DNA of 63,996 bases, the filler included, from Reclinomonas americana ATCC 50394 (taxonomy: Eukaryota): the NCBI GenBank assembly GCA_048213135.1. It is 7 parts of 4 records of this genome, joined end to end, with 100 filler letters (N's around TTAATTAATTAA, not from the genome) between each part and the next. Parts side by side here need not be neighbours in the genome. Positions count along the whole stretch, not along the records: positions 25,131 to 43,048 come from PS015709.1; positions 43,149 to 62,805 come from PS015710.1; 5 more parts are not named here. One strand, 5' to 3'. A model generated the notes under the pieces. It searched no databases, was not told where the DNA came from, and saw only the letters and a program-made list of their open reading frames with translations. Both the position numbers and the translations under genes were made by a program. The number at the start of each line of letters is the position of its first letter. Within the stretch, counting starts at the first letter, position 1. This document shows positions 35,389-47,387 of the stretch, piece after piece.

Positions 35389-38300
35389 ATGGGCACTGTT
35401 GCCTCACAAGAGCGACTCACTGATGGAGTCGTGCGCCGGTTCACCACACGCGACGATGATTGTGTGATTGAGGTTCCGTTTCTCAACACATATACACACT
35501 CTTCTTGCTCTCTCACTCACACTCTTCCTCTCTCTATCTCTCGTGCAGATCCGACGCGGCTTCATTCTCGAGTCCGGTGTCATGGGCATTGTGCACCCCA
35601 CCACACCGCTCTTTGTGTGGAGTCACAGTTGCATGACTGTCCGCCTGCCTCCCCATTTCACAGACTCTCTCTCACGCACACACAGACGCCATCTCTGACG
35701 CGATCGCCGACGCTGGTGGAGACGACCTGATCGACGCATGTGAGCTGCATGTCGACTCAGTCGGGCCTTTGCACCCGGGACAGGTGACAAGCACGAGAGG
35801 AGCAGCAGCAAACGCGACAAACAATGACACTCACTCTTCGTTGTTCGCAGGTTCTCGTCACCACTGCCGGCAATCTGCCCTTTGAGGCTGTGCTGCACAC
35901 TGGTGAGAACAGGCCTCTATCTATTCATACGCGAGCTGTGCTTCTCATTGACCAACGAACGGGCAGTGGTACCCGGGTTCGGAGAGTGTACGACCTCGGC
36001 GACGATTGGTCACGAGCTGAAGCAGTGCGTCGGTCGCGTGTTGTCGACAGCGGACGCGCATCGGCTGTCGTCGCTGGCCATGCCGCTGCTGATGATCCGC
36101 AGTGCGGCGGAGAAGGGTGCGGCGGTGGCGCCCATGGTGGCGTCGGCGTCGCCGGAGGAGTGTGCGCTGCGCATGGTGGAGGCTGTGGCGGAGTTTTTCC
36201 GATTCCGTGACGCTGCCACGGCGTGTTTGCGGCGAGTGTACTTGGTGTGCGACACGGAGCACGATTGTCGGTGTATGAGCCGTGAGGTCTGCTGCTTCTG
36301 CTTGCTCTTCTTCTGCCTCTGTTGTTGTTACTGATGGCGGCCGCACGCAGTTTGATCGCGTGGCGGCCACGCTGAGCGCTGCCGAGACCGGCGATTCCGC
36401 CTCGCCCACTCCTGCACTGCAGCGGGCGCTGCGGCGGTCTTCGTTTGTGCTTTCGCAGGTGCGTCGGATATTGTCGTGGCTTCTCACTTTTTCGCCACTC
36501 ATGCATATTGCATTGCCGTGCAGTCGGCACGAAGTGCGTGCGCCGAAATGCCGCCTGGCATAGCGCGCAGCACTGCGATGGTGCAATCGGCGACGTTGGC
36601 AGTCGCGGCGGCAGCAGCAGTGGCTGCAGCAACAACGCAGCCGACGGCAGCGGCGCCCAGTGCATCTGTCGTCATAACCGCAGCAGCACCGGCACCTGCA
36701 ACAGCACCAGCACCAGCACCAGCACCAGAGGCAGAGCGCGAACGCCCTGTGCCCGTGGTCGCCGCCGTGCCGCAGGTGCTGGTGGAGTGTTTTGGAGGCC
36801 GACAGTTGCATGCGGCTTTGCTGGGAATGTCCCTCTCCCACTCTCATACACTCACTATCGCGCGCTCAGAATCGTGAGGCCCACGGGCACCGCCAAGCGA
36901 GTGTGGCGGGTGCAGGTGCAGGCCACTGCGGTGGCGGCCGCGGGGAGACCATTGCTGGCGCTCTCCGTCGCCGATGTGGACATGATCGACTTTGGTCGCT
37001 TCCGAAGCGACTGCGCGTACTGGATCACTGCGACGCACCCAGAAGACGATGACCGACGGTTGCTGTTTTGCTGGCTCGGCGCAGCACTACCGCGGGTGAC
37101 GTTTATCTTCTCCCCCTCTCTTTCCTCAGTCTCACTCTTGTTTACTAACCTCCGATGCAATGCAGGATGCACGTGGTGCTGTCGTGTACATGGTTCCGTG
37201 GCTGGCTCGCTACCTCGAAGTACAGCACGGTCTGTTCACGGAGATGGAAGAGGAGGAGTCAGAGTTGTTCATGACATTTTTCCGGTCGTCATACTCGGTG
37301 GCGTATGCACCACCACCGCGTGCCGAGGTGGTGTTGCGCCCGCCGCCCGCGAGTGGCGTGTTTTCGTTGGACGAGCTCACCAACGGTGACATGTTCCCGC
37401 ATCGCTTGTGGCAAGTCAAGGGCAGCAACTTTGCCAGTGTGCATCACATCCCCATGATGGAGGCGCTGGTGCACTCGGGCGATGTGTTTGTGCTGGAGGT
37501 GCCGGAAGCTGTGGTGGTGCGGTTCGGCGCCACGTGCAACAGAAGAGAGCGTGCGCGCGGTATCGAGTGGGCCCTGCTGCTGCACGAACGGCGGCCACGC
37601 GTCAAGTACATGGCGTTCGGTGTGTGTACAGTGGTCGTGGTCGACGTCAATTATGTGGTTGCTCATCAGTGCGTGGTGTGTGTAGACGAGGCCAGCGACG
37701 ACTGCGAACCATTCATGAGTTTGCTGCGCAAGCACGCGCCTTCATGTCCACTGTACGCCCGCCGATCGACAGCTGCCTCTCCTGCGGGGGCTGCAGCGCG
37801 CGAACCCGATTCGTCGGCGGCGATGGAGGCACTGCACGAGTCGGCGGCTGCGGTCGTGGACGCGGTGCGGCACGACTTGGTGGTCTTGCAGTTGTACTGC
37901 GTCTCGTTTGACGACAATGGATTCCTGAGCATCGGTACACTGTGACTCGTTCTCGTGTGCGTGAGCGTCGACTGATTCCTGTTGTTGTTGTTGCTGTTGG
38001 TCACAGTCAATGTGTTTGAAGGACTGCCGTCACGCTTCATTCTCGACTCCCGCTGCTGCTACGTGTTGGACATGTGCAGTGAGCTGTGGCTGTGGGTCGG
38101 CTCGGAGGCCACCGAAGAACTGCGTCGACGATCAATGGAATCGCTACGAGTTGCGACTGAGCGGTCGAATCCCATATTCCAGTCTCGTGCATCACTAACT
38201 GTGCATCGTTGTGTGTCTGCATCTGCAGCTGTTCGGCTCGTTTTACGACTCGCATCAGTGCATGTCGACCTTTGTGGTGTTTGAGCGCGAAGAGCCGTCA

Positions 38301-40705
38301 ATGTTCAAGGCCTTCTTCTGGGACTTTCCGCTCAACTTGTTCCATCGGGGACTGGATTTTGTGATCGACGGTCGTCGGTTCTCGTCGCCATTGGTGCGTC
38401 TGTGTACGTAATGGATGTACAGTCGCCGCTATTCCTCATCTCACTCTTTCGTCTTCTGCGATGTGCAGCCGCTGGCCGCACTGGGTGAAGCGCCTCCGCC
38501 AAAGGTGAGTCGTGCAGGCAATGCAAGAGCCATGATACGCCGCTGACAGTCTGCTTTGCGTAAACGTGCAGTGGTTGCCGGCGTCCGACCTTGTCTCAGC
38601 GCAGACCGCCGCCGCTTCCGGTGTCTCGGCTGCTGCGTCGCCGGGTGTTGACGACGGAGCGCCCTCCGCCCTCCTCCTCAAGCGGCGACAGCGAGCCGCT
38701 TTTGTTCTCGTCAGTGGTTTGTGCGAATGTGTCCGGCGTATGTGCCGCGTGCTGTGTGCAAGACACCAACCGCGTCGAGTGCGCAGCGCCGGAGCCCGAC
38801 GAAGAAGACAAGCGGATGGTATTGTCGCCATTGTCGGCCATCGAGTCGGCGCTGGCCAGGAAGCGTGCCAGTGTGGTCTCGTCGCCGCACATGCAGCGCA
38901 TCGGGAGCGTGTATGTGAATCGCCGCCAGTCGGATCGTCTCCAAACCGTCAATGTCGAACAGATTCTCGACCGTGGCGACGACGCCGGTGTGGTGGAGAC
39001 GGTGGAAACGTTGGAGGTGGACGACGGTCAAGGAGCCGTGCAGGTTCTGCGTGCCACCACTCGCGTCGCTGGCGAGCGATTTAAGAAAACTCGTGCTCAT
39101 CACGTATGGCGCAGATCTGGCGATTGGACGGTGCGACACTGTGCGCGGTGCCCGAGTCCAGCTTTGGCGTATTCTATTCGGCCGAGATGTACCTCGTGCT
39201 GTACGTGTGGACCGAGGAGATGCAGATCGACACCTTCTCCACCTCGATCATGCGCGAGAACCGACAGCGTACCAAGACACACGCCTTGCTGTACATTTGG
39301 GAGGGGAAGCACTGTGGCAAGGGTGCGTGGTTGGCCTGGAAAATGGGCACCGAGACCACCGTGTCGGACCGCATTCGACAACAGACGGGCGCACTGCCGC
39401 GCATGGTTTGATTGCGCACCATTGCACCAACAGCGATGCATGCGCTCACTCGTCCCTGTGGGCCACAGAAACGCATCCACCAATTCCAGGAGCCAACACA
39501 TTTCCGACAGCTCTTCAACGGCGGCATCGTCATTCGACGGGTGCGTGTTGCATTCCGTGAAACGATGAACGGCTACTTTGCTCACTCGCGCACAGGGCAA
39601 GTTGTCCGTCCGCGAGGCCGAGTGCACGCTCGCCTCCTTGTATCACGTACGCGGAGAGACCATGGACAACACCATGGCCGTCGAGGTGGCACTGGTATGC
39701 CACCCGATGACGACCGTGCCTGCCAAGTGCCTCGTGCTGATACTCCTTGTGTGTATGCGCGCGAGCAGAGAATCGACTCGCTGAACAGCAACGACTGCTT
39801 CGTGCTGCAGACGCCAGACTGTGTGTACGCGTGGCTCGGCGTGGGCTCGAACGACACGGAGCGTGAAGTGTGCCGCGACATTCTGCCCTTCTTCATGGAC
39901 GTGAGTACCACTCGTGTGCATGGCGCGCACTGTCCTTCGTCGCTGCGCTCACCGTATTTGTGAGCAGGAGGGCGCCGATCTGCCAACAATAGAGGTGGAG
40001 GAGGGCAGGGAACCGGCCAAGTTTTGGAGCGACTTTATCGAACTCATGGGCATGGCCATGGAGCATCCTGTGAGCAGCCAGCGTCTTCTCTCTCTTTTCT
40101 GTCCACCGATGAACCTCACAATCCTCTGTGTGCGTGCGCAGAATTCCGCCGCGCTGGTGGATGAACTGCAAGCTGCCGACACTGACAAGTCGCGCTTATA
40201 CGCCTCCTCCGAGCGCTTGCGCCGCAGAGATGCACCGGAGCCGCGGCTGTACTGGTGCAGCAATGCCACCGGCAGCATGCAGGTGCATGAGGTGCTGCAC
40301 TTTTCGCAGAGCAGTCTGCGCTCGGAGGATGTGATGCTGTTGGACACGGTGTCAGAGATTTTCGTGTGGATCGGCAGCGGCGCAACACCGGAAGAGCGAC
40401 GACTCTCCATCCAGGTGGCACATGCCATGGTTCGTGCCTCTGGTCGACCTCAGCAGCTGCCCGTGCGTCTCGTGCAGGAGGGTCACGAGCCGCTGTTGTT
40501 CTCGTGCAATTTTATCGGCTGGGAGCGAAGCACCAGCGAAACGCCCGCGTGTGCGCCGGAGCCGCAGCGCAGGCGCGTGACGGGGCGAGTGGTGGAGGAG
40601 GAGGCGCCAATCATTGCCGCGTTTCCCCTGTCCCTCAAGGCGCGCGCGTGGCGGCACCTGGTGGAACAGTGTGCGCACGAGAGCGGCAAGCAGCAGCGTA
40701 CGTAA
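35389..40705 (+). CDS. Macrodomain fused to six gelsolin/villin repeats (no headpiece seen)
   Basis: Macro (~35420-36380): IEIRRGFILESGVMGIVHPT..AISDAIADAGGDDLIDACELHVDSVGPLHPGQVLVTTAGNLPFEAVLHTVVP..LKQCVGRVLSTADAHRLSSLAMPLL..LRRVYLVC. Gelsolin repeats: RLWQVKG..VHSGDVFVLE, LDSRCCYVLDMCSELWLWVG, DDGQGAVQIWRLDG..FYSAEMYLVLY, LYHVRG..SLNSNDCFVL..YAWLGVGS, PRLYWCSNATG..FSQSSLRSEDVMLLDTVSEIFVWIG..VQEGHEP..F.GW. Confidence 0.8.
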
Positions 40706-40782
40706 GTAATAAGTGAATGCATGGCGTGGGTGAGAAAACGCGCAAACTATTCATGAGACACTGATTTGGGTGTGTCTGCCGC

Positions 40783-41777
40783 TCATTCGTCTCCATCCTC
40801 GTCCTCGCCGTCATCGTCACCTCCGCCAGCGCCCTCGCCGTCGTCGTCGTCGTCGTCGTCGTCGTCTCCGAGTTCATCGTCGTCCAAGTCGAAATGCGGT
40901 CCCTCTGCGTAGTACTGGTACGCGTCCGGGTACACATCCTCCTTGATGCAGTCGGCCACCGCGTGGTGCGGGTTGTGGGTGACAAACATGCTGAAAATCG
41001 AGGCATCCTCTGCCTCATCGTCGTCGTCGTCCTGCATCAGCTCTCGTGGGCACATGCCGGGCTACGCATTGTCAGAACTGAATCCTGTCAACGGGAGGAG
41101 GTGGGAAGACACAGACAGACAANNNNNNNNNNNNNNNNNNNNNNNNNNNNNNNNNNNNNNNNNNNNNNNNNNNNNNNNNNNNNNNNNNNNNNNNNNNNNN
41201 NNNNNNNNNNNNNNNNNNNNNNNNNNNNNNNNNNNNNNNNNNNNNNNNNNNNNNNNNNNNNNNNNNNNNNNNNNNNNNNNNNNNNNNNNNNNNNNNNNNN
41301 NNNNNNNNNNNNNNNNNNNNNNNNNNNNNNNNNNNNNNNNNNNNNNNNNNNNNNNNNNNNNNNNNNNNNNNNNNNNNNNNNNNNNNNNNNNNNNNNNNNN
41401 NNNNNNNNNNNNNNNNNNNNNNNNNNNNNNNNNNNNNNNNNNNNNNNNNNNNNNNNNNNNNNNNNNTGCACACATTGCACACACGCACACACACACTTGC
41501 ACACACACACATATTCATGCAACATGCAAGACAACATGAACGCACCTTCCGTGAGTTTCTCATGCAGTTTCTCAATCTCTTGCAGATCGGCAATGAGCTT
41601 CTCCTGATCAATCTCCGCCTGTTGTGCGCGCACATAGAGAGAGAAGAGGTGAGCAACAACAACCATGGGACATGGCCATCGAAAAGACGCGCGTCACTAG
41701 TGCGTGTGAGCGATGTAGAGACAGCGGGAGGAGAAAGAGTGAGATGAGGAGGAGTGCCTCTTGTGTGTGCACACCAT
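40783..41777 (-). CDS. NAP/SET-family nucleosome assembly protein (middle exons in N-gap)
   Basis: ATG|GTGTGC intron, then AEIDQEKLIADLQEIEKLHEKL. C-terminus SIFSMF..HAVADCIKEDVYPDAYQYY plus a poly-acidic tail matches the NAP-family SFF.F / ia..Ikdd..P.Al.YY signature. Confidence 0.85.
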
Positions 41778-41913
41778 GACTCCTGCGCGGCAATCGAAAA
41801 GTGATATGGCAAGTGGGACTTCGTTCTTTATCCCTCCTTTTTCCGTCCTTTTTCCATCGCCGCAAGCAGTGTAATTCAACCTCTCTGCAAGGCGATAGAC
41901 CAACCTGCATGCA

Positions 41914-42155
41914 ATCATCGATTTTTTTTGCATGCAACGTCGCCAAGACGTCGACAATTCACTTGCAATTGGTTTTTAAACCTTCTTCACCAAAAAGCCC
42001 CACTCCCCCTTGCCGCCCGCGCTGCATGCTGTGTACGTATCATCGATTTTGCAAGCAACGTCGCCGAGACGTGACTTTGACGTCGACCAACCTTCATTCA
42101 CTTAGTTTTAACCTTCACCAGCAAAACCCCCACTCCCCCTTTTCCGCACGCTGCA
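41914..42155. repeat. Two-copy ~125 bp tandem duplication upstream of the NAP/SET gene
   Basis: atcatcgatttt..gcaacgtcgcc.agacgt..attcactt..tttt(a)aaccttc..cccactccccct..cgctgca starts at 41914 and again at 42039. Confidence 0.8.
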
Positions 42156-42166
42156 CTTATAAGCAG

Positions 42167-43869
42167 TTACGGAGCCGCTACACCCGTCGCTCGCTGCAAT
42201 TCCACCAGCGCAAGCACGGCAGCACTGGTGCGTGCCGACATGGGGTGGCTGGAGTCGCCGGATGCGGCGATCGCCTCAATGGCCAGCGACGGAACAGCTG
42301 CGTCGGCACTGGATCGGCGAACCATGGTGCCAGTGGTCGGTGGCTTGCCGGCNNNNNNNNNNNNNNNNNNNNNNNNNNNNNNNNNNNNNNNNNNNNNNNN
42401 NNNNNNNNNNNNNNNNNNNNNNNNNNNNNNNNNNNNNNNNNNNCTGCGCGTGCGGCTCATGGTGGGCCGCGGCACCGGTGCGCGCTTGGCGGCGGATGCA
42501 GCAGGCGCGGCCGAATGCCGACTGGCCACACTGGCCACCGAGCCCACGCTGGTGTTCAGTGGATTGCCGGTGGTGGCAGAACGACGGTGCGTCGTCGTTG
42601 TTGTTGTCGTCGGTCGCGGCGGCGCCGGTGAAGCGCGCGCGACGGGTTTTGCCGTGGTGGCAGTGGATGCTGCACTCACGCGACGCCCGCCACTGGCGCT
42701 TGTTGACCTGGTAGTGGTTGGAGTCGGAGTGCGCGCATTGGTGGTTGTCGGTGAGGCGGTTGAGGCGGCTGGTGTTACTCGACCTGAGGGAGTCGGAGCG
42801 CGCGCAGAGACCTTGGCAGTGGGCGTGGCGGATCGGCGAGTGGAAGTGGCCGAGGTGGGCGCAGGGGTGGGCACAGTCGGTGGGCGACTGGCCGGTGCCA
42901 TGGAGCTCACCGACAAGCGCGCAGACGACTGCCGCGAGGGGCCGGTGGTGGAGTTCATTGCCGTGGCGGATGTCGGTCGATCACCGGCTGGCAAAATGCG
43001 AGCAGTTGTGGCGTTGCCGATGGATCCACGCGGGCGACCCAGTGGTGTNNNNNNNNNNNNNNNNNNNNNNNNNNNNNNNNNNNNNNNNNNNNTTAATTAA
43101 TTAANNNNNNNNNNNNNNNNNNNNNNNNNNNNNNNNNNNNNNNNNNNNGCAGGCTGCAGCTTGTTACTGACACCACCACCAGCGCCGAGAATGCGATTCG
43201 TCTGCTGACTGGCACCGAGCACATGCGACGACAGCAGTCCGCCCATCGGTTGCGCCACGATGCGCTTGCCGACCACCGCGTTGAGTGCCATCTCGTCATC
43301 ATCATCGTCATCGTCGTCGTCGTCGTCATCGTCGACATCATCGTTGGGGGGAGCGCTGCTGGCTTGGTTCTCGGTGTTCTCCTCGTTCTGCTGCTGCTGC
43401 GTCATGCGCTCCATGAGCAGAGAGCTCAGTCGGCGACTCAAGCGCTTCTTGGTCGTCGAGCGTGAGGAGGGCGCGGCGGGAGAGCGCAGAGACTCGGCCA
43501 TGGGCACAGGCGACGAGTGCAGCGGCGGGCGAGGTGGTGTGCCCTTCGAGGCCGAGCGCACCAGCGCAGCGCGACTGAACAGAGGTTCCTCGTCGGTGAT
43601 GACATCCACCTCTGAGACGGAGAGGGTGAGACGACACTCACACACGCACAAGAGAGAGTATGTGTGAGAGGGTGGAGACCTTGCAGAATGCGGAGGTCCT
43701 GTATGGCGCCGGGTGAGTGGCACTCGCCAGGAGGACGAGTGTCTGCAAAGAGAAAACACCAACAACGATCGTTGAATGAGCTTCGGTGCAGGGAGAGCGC
43801 AAGAGGGGGGAGGGCGTGGACGCCAATAGTATGAGAAGTGCAACAGGCAATTAACGCACCCATAGACAT
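42167..43869 (-). CDS. Unknown low-complexity protein (S/T/P/A/R-rich with an acidic tract); spans a linker and an N-gap
   Basis: Phase-consistent splicing MSM|DTRPPGECHSPGAIQDLRILQ|EVDVITDEEPLF..., then long open S/T/A/R-rich frames ending ...ELQRATGVAAP*. The join across the linker is assumed. Confidence 0.5.
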
Positions 43870-44408
43870 GATTGGACAGCGACAAGCGAGAGTGACCTTC
43901 TCTCGCAAAAATGTGCAAAAGATAAAACGGTCGTCCGGTATTTCATGCAACGCCGGTTGCCGAAGTTCGATGCCTCCGAGGAGAGATAGACGTGTCTTTG
44001 TCGCCTTGTATCGCAGTGCCCATAATGTCTACGTCGCGCCTGCATTCCTCCTTCACTTCGCAATCGAATTCTTGTGATGCACGTGTCACAATATTGTTCG
44101 GTCGTATGCGTGCGTTCCCGTCCGCCACCACCCATGCCAACATGCTCCTCATCGCTGGGGGCAAGATGGCAGAGCAGAGATGAAGCCAGGCGCAGCGGAC
44201 GAATTTGAACTCGCGATATGTATCGATCGAACACGTTCGCAAGCACACAGCTACCGCAGTGCAAGCGACGCACGAAACTGCGACCGAGCGCCACGGCGGC
44301 GACCACCGGCGAGAGCGATCGCCGTGACACAAGAGCGTTGTACATGACCGAAAGTCAAAATTCCGACTCCCGCCAAAAAATCATAGGAAACCCTTGCATT
44401 TTCGCGTG

Positions 44409-47265
44409 ATGGCGCGCTCTCTTCTCCTCGCACTCCTCCTCCTCCTCCTCTTTGTGGCATGCCTCGTCACAGTCAAGGCGGCGGTCGATGAGCTGGAGGA
44501 GGCGCGTCGCCATCGTGTGTATGAAGTTGAGGTGGAGGCGACTGGGCTCTTCAGGCACAGAAACCACCGCACTCCAACGACGATCCGTGTGTCGTGGAAG
44601 GACCCAACCATCAAAACTATCGAGCAAGCAGGTGCGCGTGTGTGTGTGTTGAGTCTGCTGGTTTCGCGTGTGTATGAGGGGAGAGATAGAGAGAGAGAGA
44701 NNNNNNNNNNNNNNNNNNNNNNNNNNNNNNNNNNNNNNNNNNNNNNNNNNNNNNNNNNNNNNNNNNNNNNNNNNNNNNNNNNNNNNNNNNNNNNNNNNNN
44801 NNNNNNNNNNNNNNNNNNNNNNNNNNNNNNNNNNNNNNNNNNNNNNNNNNNNNNNNNNNNNNNNNNNNNNNNNNNNNNNNNNNNNNNNNNNNNNNNNNNN
44901 NNNNNNNNNNNNNNNNNNNNNNNNNNNNNNNNNNNNNNNNNNNNNNNNNNNNNNNNNNNNNNNNNNNNNNNNNNNNNNNNNNNNNNNNNNNNNNNNNNNN
45001 NNNNNNNNNNNNNNNNNNNNNNNNNNNNNNNNNNNNNNNNNNNNNNNNNNNNNNNNNNNNNNNNNNNNNNNNNNNNNNNNNNNNNNNNNNNNNNNNNNNN
45101 NNNNNNNNNNNNNNNNNNNNNNNNNNNNNNNNNNNNNNNNNNNNNNNNNNNNNNNNNNNNNNNNNNNNNNNNNNNNNNNNNNNNNNNNNNNNNNNNNNNN
45201 NNNNNNNNNNNNNNNNNNNNNNNNNNNNNNNNNNNNNNNNNNNNNNNNNNNNNNNNNNNNNNNNNNACAGCTTGCGCGTTCCGAGTAATTCGCCGTCTCG
45301 TTCCTTCCGCTTCTGTACCATTGCTCTGCTTGTCTGCTTTCTCTCGGTTTTCTGCTTCTTTTCTCTCTCTCTCTCTCGCCGCGCAGGGCATTGAGATCGA
45401 TGGGAGTTCGTCACAGTCCGAGAAATGCATTCTTGTTCACCGTCTCACTGCCTATCCTTTCTGCTCAGACACTGGTTTCGCCGTCTCAGCAGCGGCGCGT
45501 GGGTCTGCTCGTGCGCGGTCGTCTGCACTTGTTGTCGATCGCCGCTGACGGCTCAGATGTGGACCTTGTCGGTGAGTTTGCCCATGCACTCGTCCACTCG
45601 ATCGTTGTGCTGAAGTGTGAGTCCAGCCGAGGATTTCGCAATAACCGAACAGCTGGAGAGTGTGTTCATTCCGGCCATGGCGATGGCCATGCGTCTGCAG
45701 TTGGAGCGCAACATGCCAGAGGCGAGTATAGGTGCCTCCCCATGGCCAACCCTTTCACTGTCGCTCACTGCATTCTTTGATGCTTGCGCAGCCGACACCA
45801 GTGGAGTCTCGCTTGTCACGGCTGGAGTACCTGCGCAAGGGATTCCGCATTCCAGTGCCCGCCTTTGACACCACATTCCTCGACTTCCCTTATGCTATTC
45901 CCGGGTGGGAGTTACCAAGTATGCTCACTTTTCTCTTACATTTACCTATTCTGTATGTCGCCCTCAAACCCTCTTTCCCTCTCGCTCTCCCTTAGGTCCG
46001 ACGCTGCCAGACGAGTTCCCCTCGTTCAGCATGCGAGACAACAACAACATTACGACTTCTCATCAACCTATTATTGTCCAAGCCGCCACGGAGCGCTGCA
46101 TGGAGGAACCAGAGGTGCGTGCAGATAGTCAACTTTGGAATTCCGCAAGTTTTCTTACCTCTCCGCGTGCATCGCGAAGCTCATCGCCTGGTACTTTGTG
46201 GTGCGTCACTCACTCGCAAGAAGAGCTCGCCGTGTGTCACTGTCTCCTCACCCTTCTACGTAGCCACCCTCCACCGTGCACGAGCGCTTCTTGCCAGCAC
46301 CGTTGCCGCCACCGCGTGAATGGGCCGGCGATGTTGATGGACTCGTATCACTTCGCTTGCCTGGACCCTTCGAGCGCATGCGCTATCGCCACCCGCAGCC
46401 GGCTCCAGCACCAGTGCAGCGCGGCTTCATCATGGACTCGGGTCGCGGAGAGCCGCCGCTTGTCGAGTGCACCGTGTGCGGATCGCGATTTGTCCGCGCC
46501 CATCCACCGCCACCACTCGGTCCGCGAGTGCGCATTCTCATTGCGGCGTGGTGCGGTGATGTGGAACGCCAGGCGCGTGATAATGTGCGCCAGACGTGGA
46601 TGCGCTACAGCAACGTGTACCACGCACAGCTCAACCCGCACGGCTCACTACAAGTGATCTTTGTGATGGGCCGTCCTCGCTCTGCCGCCACACGACAGGC
46701 GCTGCACGAGGAGTACTTGCAGTACGGAGACATGGCGCTCCTGGACATCCGCGAGAACATTTACGACGGAAAGAACCTGGAGTGGTCAAGAATGGCGCAC
46801 GACACGTACGGGCGCAGCCAGACGCTGCGGTACGTTGGGCGAGTGGACGTGGACGTGTTTTTCCGTCCTCTGAAGATGGAGCGCGAGTTGCGACGGCTTC
46901 CACGGGAGCGTCTGCTGTGGGGCCATACCATCTTTGGGTATCGTGGACGACGGATGTTCGAGTATCCTCTCGGGCCGGCGTACTTTGTCAGCTGGGATCT
47001 GGTGGTGTTCCTGCGCCGCACGACTTCAATATCGGCAGTCGACCGGATGGGAAGCGAAGACTGCGGCTTCACGCACTACTTTGTCAAGTCCGACCTGCCG
47101 GTGCACTTGGCCTCCGACGTGCGATTCCACGATCTGCAGGGCCACCGCCGTGGCCTGTTTGTCGAACCAACGACCGACAAGTCCATCAACATTCATCGTG
47201 TGCGCGACCTGGCGCAGCTGCAAATGTTTATGCAGCGCTTCCCTGACGGGTTGTACGCTGTTTAG
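44409..47265 (+). CDS. GT31-like (Galactosyl_T) glycosyltransferase, tandem copy 1 (exon 2 probably in gap)
   Basis: Signal peptide MARSLLLALLLLLLFVACL. Catalytic exon: RDNVRQTW, IFVMGRP, LHEEYLQYGDMALLDIRENIYDGK, YVGRVDVDVF (DxD), YPLGPAYFVSWDLV, GSEDCG. Confidence 0.8.
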
Positions 47266-47387
47266 CCGTACGTAGTGAATTTGTTATGTGTTCGCTGAGG
47301 GCAGTGATAATCGAGAACCACCACGCAGCGGCAGCCGACTCGAACTTCGAGATATGTCCTTGCGCACTCTTTTCAGGACTTTGTCGC

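Noticed and set aside
43851..44345. ORF MYNALVSRRSLSPVV... with a mitochondrial-presequence-like start
   Set aside because: No recognisable domain or convincing splice structure, and it overlaps the start of the next gene. It cannot be supported without transcripts.
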